Assembly (NCBI GenBank): GCA_964035545.1
Contig: OZ037769.1
Location: 5,127,929 to 5,191,928 of the forward strand
Reading direction: 5' to 3'
DNA: 64,000 nucleotides
Source of the DNA: Bugula neritina
Taxonomy: Eukaryota > Animalia > Bryozoa
Shown here: positions 13,451 through 24,982 of the stretch, one piece after another
Layout of the letters: every line of letters starts with the position of its first letter
How positions within the stretch are numbered: the first letter of the stretch is position 1
The notes under the pieces: model-generated
What the model saw: only the letters and a program-made list of their open reading frames with translations
Databases searched by the model: none
Told to the model about the DNA's origin: nothing
Translations under genes and position numbers: made by a program

Positions 13451-14785
13451 ATAAACAATTTGGTTTTGTGAGTATTTCTGTTGAATTAGCCAGTGTTAAA
13501 ATTACAGTGATCAACTCAATTGATTAGTATATTGAAATAGGAAACAATAGATTTAATTAAAACATAAAACTGTGTAGCACAGCTGTAATCAAAAGGGCAA
13601 TGAAGTTTTTGATAACTTTACCACACAGAGGTTATGGTTACCTGAGAAGAGATTGTTCAATATCATAAAACATTTTAATTTTTGCTGTGCTTAAACATTT
13701 GCTCGAATGTTTTAGTTTGAGCTAGTTTTGCTACTGTGTTTGACACTCCTTTTGAGCTATGACAATTTAAACTTGGATGATGATAAAATCTTTATAGCAC
13801 GAATTTATATCTATAAATATCTGAGAGCTTTTCACTGGTCAAATGATAAAATACAATTCCTATGACCACTTCCATAAAAGCCAAAACTATTACAAACCTT
13901 GCTTATGTTTGTTCACTTAATCTTTAGAATTCACACTTCAAGTATAAAACATCCATTGTTATAATTCACTGGATTTGTTAAATGTTATTATTATTAAAGT
14001 TACTAATCTAACTTCTACTCAGTATTTATGCAACAGGCTTTGTGAGTGTCTATGCAGAATATTTTAATAGTAAATTAGTTCATAGTGAAAAAGAAATCAG
14101 AAATAATACTTTATAGTTAATGAAAGGAACTGAAGAATATGATATTAATCGAATAATAATATTAATAATAATATTCACACATCATTTGAAACTGGCCATC
14201 TTGCGATGAATCTTCGCCAAAATGTTAATGATTCACATCTACCTGCCAGGTGAGATAAAAGCTAACATCTTTTTCATAGGAATTTGTTAATTTAGTATAC
14301 ATGTGGCTTAATTGCCTTGTTACTGGATAGCACGCTGTGGTATTACAAAGAAGTAACTGTATGAATTACATATTATGTGATCATCCAACTATCTGTAGGT
14401 CTAGCTTATATCACATCTTGAAACTTGTATCTACATTACAATGTTTTTGAAGGTAGAAAATTAGTGCTTTTTATTTATTTTAATTGTTATTATTTCACTG
14501 ATTTCTCTTTATGTTGTTACAGGTAAGCGGTCATTTTGTTTAAAGTTGTATTCTAGCCTAAAATTTCATATGGTATTACTTACTAACTAAATGTTTGCTT
14601 TCTGACTTACTAACTATAAACAAATACTATAAGAATAACCTAGATACATATGCATAGGTATTTGAGACATTGGTTTTGGCTATTAGTTGCTCTGTTGTCT
14701 TTGTAGGGGTTCGTTTAGCTCCCCAAAGGAGCGAACAGAAAGTGCAAACAGCTGGCTACGCTTTCCGACTCGACGACAGGAAGCG

Positions 14786-16903
14786 ATGCAGTTTGCTAGT
14801 TTGAGCGCAACTCCACATGACCTCTACAACTCCGCAATAAGTCTGCATCGGCATTCGCCTTCAACCTCATATCTTGACCTCTCATCTGTGTTACCTCATC
14901 ATGATGCAATCGATCATTTCATCACAACAACAGAAAACTCTAGATTTGAGAAAAAAATTGACCTAGTTCCAGACAAAGATGGCATTGTTTCCCACGACTG
15001 CTCGAGCGGAACCTGTGAGCGCATTTCTATTAGCGTCAGCGGCCTGCTTTATGAGACACAAATAGGAACGCTGAACAGGTTTCCAAACACATTACTTGGA
15101 AATCCTCTTAAAAGACGTGAGTTTTGGGACGCGAAAAGAAAATGCTATGTTTTCGACACCCACCCGCCAATGTTTAATTACATTTTGTATTATTACCAAA
15201 GCGGAGGAAAACTGATTCGCCCCGAGGACATACCGGAAGATATATTTTTAGAAGATACTGCATTCTATGAACTTGGAGACGACACTATCGCCGAATACAA
15301 ATGGCGGACTGGCTTCCTACCAGAGCCTGACATGATTCTTCCGGAAGTAATGTGGAAAAGAAAATTGTGGCAACTTTTAGAATATCCTAGCAGCAGTACA
15401 TTGGCTAAAGTAGTTGGAATTATCTCTCTTGGAATTATTTTAATTTCCATAGTAAATTTCTGCTTAGAAAGCATTCCATCATTTGAGAAACAGCTTTGTA
15501 TTAATGATACTGACTCTGCTTTCACCAATGAAGATGGAGAAGTTGTGATGCTAGAGAAGCAGAACTATGGCAGTGTTTTCTTTGTAATAGAATGCGTCTG
15601 CGCCTTCTGGTTTACTCTAGAGGTAATCTTACGGTTCATTTCTTGTCCGGTCAAAAAGCAATATCTCAAAAACTTGATGAACCTCTTTGACATCTCAGCC
15701 ATTGTACCGTTTTATGTAATAACATTATTTGTGGTCAGCACTGGAACTTGTGACCACTCGAAGAGATCAAGCATATCAATTGTTTTTCTTCGAGTTCTGC
15801 GCTTGTTTCGAGCATTCAGAATATTTAAACTAACTAAGCATTCTCGTGGCATGCAAATTCTGGGTCTTACAATTAAGCAGAGCTTAAAGGAGTTATCTCT
15901 CTTCGCTATATTTCTTGGAATAGCCATCATCTTCTTCTCGGCGTCAGTATACTATGCAGATTTGTGGGACACTCAATCGGCAAACATTGCTAGCATTCCT
16001 GATGGGTTCTGGTGGGCTATTGTAACTATGTGTACAGTTGGGTGAGTACGATGAAACTAACTTACTAGTTAGCACAAGGTGCTTCCAGTTAAGTACTTAC
16101 TTTTGTCATACTCAACTTTCTCTTGAAGGTTTGTAGCATAGTACATGATCATAATAATCGAAATGACTTCAAGCATTTACATTATAAAAGAGTGTTTTTT
16201 GGTAGACTTTTCACTTTGAAAAAATACTAAATAGAAAAGTGTATATGATGCACATAGCACTTGATCTCTAAAGCTTTGACATTACTTGTAATGAGCATAA
16301 ACGGACAAAACAAACTGATTACAGTAGCCAAATGTTGACACTGTAATAGATATGTGCGTTTTAACTCACAACTACAGGTCACAAATTTTGTTGCTTTGCA
16401 AAAATATAATTGCTTTACAGATCTGTGTCCTAGGTGTAGTCGTGAAATGTGAACAATTCAAAGCCTGTGTTTAGTTGGCAATCACACCTTTCTAACTCTT
16501 TACAAAAATATTTAATAAAACCTCCTTGCATGCAGGCATCTATTATGTGCTCTATTACAGTGTGCCACAATACTCTATAGTGTTGGATTGTGCAGCCCAT
16601 TGCTATGCATTGTAATTCGAGTTGTAAATGTGATGCAGGTATGGTGATAAAGTTCCAAGTGGAATACTCGGGAAGTTAGTAGGATCTGTATGCGTTGTGT
16701 CAGGAGTTATAACTATCGCTCTACTCGTGCCGGTAGTTGTGTCCAACTTCTCAACATATTACAGTCACGATCCACCCAAGACGTCTAAAGTGTGTATTGT
16801 CGACTCAGATGGAAATATAAAATCAGTATCTGTCAACCATGTTAAAGTGGAAAAGGAGAAATCGCCTAAAGAGACTAGTCCTAATGGATGTGTTCTTTCC
16901 TGA
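14786..16903 (+). CDS. KCNA: Voltage-gated potassium channel alpha subunit, Shaker/Kv1 family (divergent)
   Basis: Exons 14786-16041 and 16639-16903 (GG|gtgagt...tgcag|G TAT GGT GAT rebuilds TVGYGD). T1 domain with Kv1-type ILYYYQSGG; S4 [27 protein letters not shown]; pore [19 protein letters not shown]; S6 [16 protein letters not shown]. An acceptor at 14706 implies an upstream exon, so the true start could lie further 5'. Confidence 0.93.
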
Positions 16904-18489
16904 TTTAGCCGGCTAAAACCGTTTTAGCCTTTGGCACTTTTTACACATGTTTGTTTAAATGTGTGTCAAAGAAAATATGTTTTTATATAAAAGATACAAA
17001 AGCCTTAAAGCGATCTATACAAATCTAGGGACCAACAGTCGACTTTTGATGGTTTGTTTTGATTAAGCAATGCATGGTTGGAAATCACAATATTTAATTT
17101 GATTGGCCAGTTCCAAATTTAGTTTTTTGCAAGCGTATTACAGTAGCTGTGACTCTCCTAACACATTTGTTGAGAGCATATTATTATACAATATTATATG
17201 TTTACATTGCTTGTTTGCTTACCTGTTTTAAGGACATAAGCTCTGAAAGGTGCAAGCACAGCAAGCTTTGCTCTTTCGTGAATTTTTTTGTACTGTGCTT
17301 ATTATTGATGGTATGATAGATGTCACATTCACTTTAGCATCATAGACCATGTCAAACTATTTCAAGTGAATTATTTTGTATCCTCATTACTGACAAATAA
17401 ATATGCAATCTAGGCCCAGAAACATTGACTTCAACATTTTACTTGCTTCTTGATGATGATACAATGTGAGTATAGTGAAAATCCATTAAAAAAATATATT
17501 TCAATTTTTACTATAATTTTTATAGCAACCAGTGACCACAACCCAGTTCAAAGATGTCGACAAAATTTCTTGATATATTCTAAAAACATTATTTAAAATA
17601 TAACAAAAGTTATAAAGCCTAACATATACAACTCAGATCTTATGGTCCTAGTAACAAATGTGGTGAATATTAGAGAGAACAAAACTCCATATAATTATTA
17701 AATAAACACATTATAATAATCGTGTCTAAGATTAATTAGGTTATTAGTTATACTAGTAGCAATGTTAAAAGTTACAACAAACTATGTTACATAAAAAAGA
17801 AAAAGTTGAGTCAGATTATATGATATAAGTAGTAATGGTTCAAAGTATTGTAATGAGAATAGCAATTATTATTGGGTTGCATAATTACTGTATTAACAAA
17901 CTACATAGTAGGTTGCATAAAATGAGTTGTGCTACCTTGAATTTGCTACTTAGCGTGAGCAATGTAAAGACAATTCTTGATAATAAACTTTGAAAAGCTT
18001 ATAGGATCGCATATCTACAAGGAAGAACAACTTCTAAAAATTACATAAAACATGTTATTTTAAAAAGTGTCTCAAACATTTTTTGAGTGCGGTATTGGTC
18101 CCAGCTGTTGAAAGTATAATGCTTCATGTGTTTTGAAACAAAATTATTTGAAATATAATTAAAGCTATAATATATACAACTTTTTTTATTATGCATTTGT
18201 ATATTTGTATAATATCATTAATGTTATTTCATAATGTGTTTTTTTATTTTATTGTCAATTCTTGAAACTTGAAACTTCACAAGCACTGTAGCTCGCACAT
18301 ATAAGAGTAACTACATGTGTTGTACTTCCAATCAATACAAAATTGTTGTAATATTACAATTAATGAAAAAATAATTTCATATAATATAAACAGTTGCATT
18401 ATTTACTCGATAAATATCAATTTTTATAGCGAAAACTCAAGTTTTGTATTAATTTTGCATTTTTAAGAGTCTACATTGAGATATGCATC

Positions 18490-18708
18490 TGAGGCCTATA
18501 GGGGTTAGATCATTTGGCTTAGTGAACACTAAATCGTAGGGTTTTAACCCCAGTAAGGTCATAGGTGATGTTAGGAAGAGCATCCAGTCATAACTTGTCT
18601 CTGTGCCTTATAGTCATATATAAATAAATCATTAGCCTGCTTAAAAAACTCTTTTCCACCAGGAATTTCTCACAGGGATGGTGAATATAAACTTGCATGA
18701 GTTTTATG
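18490..18708 (+). mobile_element. tRNA-derived SINE copy
   Basis: Contains GGTGATGTTAGGAAGAGCATCCAGTCATAA and the family tail TTCTCACAGGGATGGTGA. Confidence 0.8.
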
Positions 18709-19689
18709 TTGAAATATGCATATGGTTAAAGTATCTTAGACTGGTACATTAAGATTTTATAATTCAAGTAATATGTTTGCAGTTGTAAGGTAGAATTGAA
18801 TGCTAATGTAGTTATGTTATGTTATAATTACCCTATCAGTTTATTGAAGCTCATTGTAGACAAGAGCATAGAAATAAACCTTCTCGTGTGTATATTTCAC
18901 TAAAATGAAACTAAATATATACATTAAATATTATTATGTTTATGTCCTAAACCAAAGGCTGGAAATTTTATTCATGCAAATTTGCTTTTTTATATATAAT
19001 TATATTTTTGAATGACTTGTGTTAGCAGCGCATGGTATACCAATGCTTCTCCTGTGATATATTCCATATGAAGATACTATGTGCTTTGCAATACATTAGC
19101 GATTAGAGTATAACATTATTGAGGTTGCTGCAAGTATTTTATAGACTTGAAACACACACCAGCTAAGATGTTTTGGTTAATGCTGATTGTGGCCATGTGC
19201 ATTTCCATAGCTATAAACAGCACCCTTTTTACTGTTTTGAAATATAGTGACGAATACTACTAATATACTAGTTATAGTTTAGCTAGGGAATTAATTGGAA
19301 CTTTTTGAGTAATACTGAAAAGGGATTAGGCATCAAATACAGAGATGAAAGCAATATGACCTAGATTTAAGATCCTGGATTTGAAACAAGTCAATACGGG
19401 TACTCAAATAATATGCTACTGCCCCACTATTAACAAATAGCAATTAACATGCTTCTGCGTTAGTGAGTGTAGATCTATTAAATGTCCCGAGAGAGCTTTG
19501 TCTATTGGACTGCACTCGATATGAGTCATATGACCTACAAATTAAGATACAACCGCAGGCTGAACGGTTTATAAACCCTGTGTTATTAGTCTATACAAAG
19601 AAGGCGTGCTTAGTCAATAAAGAAGGTCGTCTGGCTTTAGTCAGTTCATTGAGAAATTACGCTGAGTTAGAGGATTGTTGGCATTGAAT

Positions 19690-21016
19690 ATGAATGCAGC
19701 TTATTTAAAACTTATTGGCCTGCTTTCAGGACTGGCAGTAGTTTCGGTATTCAGCTCAGCTTCAGGTAAGTTTGCATTTCAATCCACAAGGTCAAGTGGC
19801 ACTTGTGTCTTGTCTTTTAATCACTACGACTATCAGCTAGTATCACTGAGTATCAGTAGCCGTAGGCCTATGTCTTACTCTTAGTCTATTAATTGATTAT
19901 CGAATAACTATTCGTAGAATAGATATACTGTAGAGAACGGTAGATGGCTCTTAAAGTTATGGTTAAGATTTTGCTATCATTACACTTTACAGTGCTTCTA
20001 ATTTTTATGCATGATATCAAGAGCCAAATCACAACAGCAAGTGAGCAACATCAATTCAAACTCACTGCCATATGCTATACATTCGTTTTAACTGAAACAT
20101 AGCTTTTTCTGTGCCCACATTTCTAAAATATGTGGATAAAGAATATAATTCTATAACTTTCTTGTTACAGTTTCTGCAGAGTTGATTGTTGAAACACAAA
20201 TAACAATCAAGTGTAAGCTTGAAAACGGCAGCAGTATTCAAACATGCACCTACAAAGAAGATTCGCCTTACCATTGCTGCTTTCTTATGGGAGATTCCTC
20301 CGAGACTTCATCTTGTTTCCCTGAGGCAGAAAACTGCTCTACTGTGGGTTTCACGGAAGTTGAACCATTTAGCAGACAAGTGGCTACATTTCCAGTAACA
20401 GTTTCGACTACTAGAGGCCAAAGTAGCTCAATTGAAAGTCAAACTACTCCCTCTAGTGGCAAAAAGTAAAATATCTGCATTACTCATATCTCTATTGTAA
20501 TTGTCGAAAGAAGTTGTGTTTCCAATAAATATGGGAGCCCACATTATTAAGTTATAGTTCTACTCGTGTAATAATTTTATGCTAATTGAACCTGTCAAGC
20601 TACGTTGAATAAAACTTATGTAGCTTAAAATTATTTTTTTTCGTCTTAAAGTAGGTAACACTTTTCATGAGTTAGATTAAACAATACTCGGACTTTGATT
20701 AGTTGTACTTGTTTACTTTATACTTATTTTTTAGTTTGAAGCTTACTTATTTTATTACCCAGCATGTTTCAACTGGGAAAAATATTTCAACTGATAATTT
20801 ACTGGTATTTGTTAAACTAGACTCACAATTGTCAGCCAAATTGCTTATAATTCAGATGTTTTGTAGTTAATTGAAACTAATGTCTAACACTTGCTCATTG
20901 CTTTATTAACTGTACTTGTATCATAATATTCCTGTATCAATTTGTTATTTTTTAGATCCGCTACAGTAGTACCTGTTCTGGTAATGGCAGCCATTCTCAT
21001 GGCGGTATTTGGATAA
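19690..21016 (+). CDS. Small secreted, probably GPI-anchored cysteine-rich protein (143 aa), unknown family
   Basis: Exons 19690-19765, 20171-20465, 20956-21016 with GT-AG ends and matching phases (76+295+61=432 nt). Hydrophobic signal peptide, 6-Cys domain, Ser/Thr-rich stalk, C-terminal hydrophobic tail SATVVPVLVMAAILMAVFG-stop; AATAAA at ~21240. Confidence 0.72.
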
Positions 21017-24000
21017 GGGAATCATGTCCCCGGTGATATCCCTTAGCATGTTGCATGTAGCCGTTTACTGCCATACTTGGTTATAAGAATATATTATGAA
21101 GTTGTGAAGATAATATTGACGCTTGTTTAGGTTTAGTGCAGCATTAATTTTGCTTATTTTGTTGGAAATGTATGAATTATAGATGTACAATCAAGGGAGA
21201 TAACTCGTTATAGTGGCAACTTTTTAATCTATACTGTGCAATAAAAATATACTTACTTATAAAAACTCAACTAAGAATTTTTACTACTATATCATACTTT
21301 GAGTTATCAATCATAAAATTTAAAGGATGATGATAACAATATATTGGGTTCAAACAATCATTTATATAACATGCATATAATATATAGTATCACAAATCTG
21401 AATAATTCAAAGAAATTTAAAAAGCAAAGAAAGTTAATTCTCCTATTTATCTATCAGTCCCTTAATGCCAAGCATGCAAATAATATACTTGGTCCACCAA
21501 GTACAAACGCATATACTGCTAATGTATATAAATACTATAAAAATATAATATTAGTATAATGATTAAAAAAGTTGTTGTCAGACATGAATTTTAACACCAC
21601 TGCAGTTCATAGTGAGATGACATTTCAACATATTATAAAATAGCTATATCCATTATACTGCAGTATGATACTTTATATTAGAGTGCATTGCATTTTGATA
21701 TCTGCATATATTATTTGAGCATGTAGTTCAATGTGATAACTTAATTAACTACATATGCATATTGTCAGATCAGAGATTACACAGTACTTTATATTTTGCA
21801 GAGTAGATACTGCACAGCAACTTGATGTATTTACAGAATGATATGCTAATAGTGATTATGATTGGAGCTAATGGTTTGAATATATGGGCATAGCTTAAAA
21901 GTTTTAGTGAAACAGTGGAGAAGAAACTCAAACTTTATCATGGCCTTGCAAAAATAATTTACTAGGGTAGACTCCAGCATGGCTTTGCAAAATAATTTAC
22001 CAGGTATATAGAAATAGTTTTCTACGTAGCAAATACTTATTTTATTGACGAAAAAGGAAACGATAAAACGGTTGCACCCTCATTAGGAGGGTTGCATCCT
22101 TATAAGGACCGACATCAAGATGGAGAAAATGCTTATTTTATGAGATCGGAAATGTTAAGACAGTTGCATCTTCATTAAGATCTACATTAAGACTGAAAAT
22201 TATTTGCTAATGTAAATAATAGAAATATCAAATAGCCTCATTGCTATGAAGCTTGCAAGAACTGTGGGAATATTTTCAATGATAGTTAGAATTAGAATTT
22301 CTATTAGTTATGTTATAAGTTGTTAAGCTGAAGTGTTAATATATGTATCATTATTCTCAGAAAAGTTCTTTAAAAAAGCTATATTCTTGATAGAAGGCAT
22401 GATTATACATATACTGTCCTTTGTGTTTAATTCTTACTTCTGTACTTTACAAGTTATGTCTCTGAGATATTCTGTCAGGTCAAATATGGCTTTGGCGATG
22501 CTAAGGTTTGTTTGAGATTTCCAGTAAGATGGCTGCTGCAACAGGTTGATGCAATTATAAATTCTTATGTCTGCTCCACCACAGTATGTAGACTACAGTT
22601 TATCTACAACATTCAAGGAAGAATATAAAGTACATTCAAAAGTTATATGATGCATGAGACCCAGTAATTGAGTGAAGTTAAAAGTTCAAATGTACAAGTT
22701 TCGAGTAATAGTGGGGGTGCCAACATGCAAAAATGGGCGGGTGGAGCACATTAATACTAACCTTTGTTGCTATATATCACTGCAAAGCTAACATTCTACT
22801 GATCTCAGATCTGCAAGTACCTTTTTTGTATCTGGGGGGGTTCTCTCGTGAGAGGGGTGGATATACAGGGGTTCAGCATTTTTCAAGGGGGGACTATGGA
22901 ACTCTAAATATTTAATTTTTTGAGTAGTTTAAGTTTGACATTAAAAATATTTTCAAGGAATGTTGTACACATATGAAACTTTCTCTAACAAAAGTTTTGA
23001 CCAAAAATAAAAAAGTGGGCGGAGCCTATAATATTACAAACTACGAAACATTCACATAAACCACAGGATTTCATCATCAGGCGCTTGCATGTGCATGCTT
23101 TACTCTTGCAGCCTGCTTTTTTGTATTTACATGTTGTTAAAATCACATCTGCATTGCTCTCAAAATCATATTTTATTGGAGTCAAGCTAGTATCTCAACC
23201 ATGGTCAAAAATTGGCTGATGAAGTAAAATAGGTGTTAAAGCAAGTTGCCAAAGTGTAACTTGATAGTTGGCTCGTTTCACGTGATATTCTAGGGAATTC
23301 CTGCTAGGTGGTAGCTGGGCTTCACTGGAGACATTTTTTAAAGCCAATATTTTATATCTTGCTTCAGTGATATCATCATAGGCACCGTATAGGTTGGAGA
23401 CAAATCGTTCACACTCTAAGTATGTTTCATCTGATAATGGGGACCAATCATCAGAACCTAAAGACAGATTATAGCTTCCCTTTTCAAGTACCTCTAAAGC
23501 ACGCTTTTTAGATATTCGGAAGATAGAACTTACTGAGTCTCAACCTGTAAGTGCATGGAGTGATAACAGATTCTTGAGAACTTTTTGTGGAATTTTTTCG
23601 GCTAATTCAGAAAGAGATATATATCTTCTGTGACTCCCCATTCCAACAAAGATTACTACATCTTTATTAGCCTGCTCAGTTAAAACATTACTAAGATGAT
23701 GTTAAGCGCAATAATAGCAACATCGGTATCTACTGATCTCATTACTACCAAATCGTAATCACTCAGTGCATCAGCTGCGTGAAGGATTAATCTCGTGTCT
23801 GCTTCATAATGATTGGATTTCAATTTGTTACAATTGTAACGATAATGGTTTTACAGAACACAGACTTCTTTAGCGCTGCAAACTAAAAATGTACCAGCTG
23901 GAATTTTCTCAATATGTCTACTCCACACCTTCACTATGTAATCTACCAACTCATTTTTGTTGTGAATATTGCTCAGAAAAGCACTCCAGTTTTTAGGAAC

Positions 24001-24982
24001 AGGCACGTTGTCATGAATAATGGAAATAGGGCACATCTGTTGGGCACCCCGTCTAATACGCTCTTGTGCTTTAATTGATGTTTCAGAATACACGTCAAAC
24101 ACTACATCAACCCTTGTATATCTTTTGCCACATTCAAGAAATACTTCCAACATCTTCAGAGCGTAGTTATAAAAAGTGCCTGATGTTTTTGTCGAGTGAA
24201 GTATGCACATACCATCAATAATGATCGATTTGTTAGTGGACAGTTGACTATCATCATTGGAGACCCTGTTTCCAAGATATTTCTGTTCCAAAATATGCAT
24301 TAGTTGCGATTTGCATATTTTTTGCATCTGTCCGTTTTCAGTAAATAGAGCAAGAGGAATGGGACCAATTTCTTTCTCTAGAACTGTATGCAAATCTACT
24401 TCTCGGCTTTTGGCACTTATGAGAAGTTTAGCAAATGATATTTTAGGAACATTTGGTTTAATGGCCGGTTGAAGTGATTTAGCCACAAAGTCAAAGGAAG
24501 GGATTTTAAGGGTGACACGACATTTTGAAGATGACAATTGGAAAACACCTATTTGGAAAATGGACAATTAGAAAATGGACAATTGGAAAATAAACATTTG
24601 GAAAATGAAAAATATTCAACATGGTCTAGTCCTGAGGGGTTGTCCGGCATCTGGCTTTAAAAAAAAATATATAATGGTCAAATCAGTTATAGGCTATCAT
24701 GGAAGTAAAATTGGTTACGAGTAGTTCTTGTTGAGAAACAATCATGCGATGCTATCGCTAATCACATTCATGACAATCACGTGACAATATGCTAACTAAT
24801 TGCTTTACTAGAATCGCTGTATACTTGTTTACTCTCTCTTCCGTTTTATATTATACAAAACCATCACGCTGTTTTTCATTCTAATAAATATTTTATTATC
24901 AATTAATTAAATCAGTCAGTCAGTTTGCTCGATAAGTTAAATCAGCAATCAATAACGTATTTCATAATAAATACTATACACA

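Noticed and set aside
22733-22915. Duplicated 60-aa ORF (also 31686-31868)
   Set aside because: Both lie inside the Academ TIRs, so the duplication reflects the inverted repeat.
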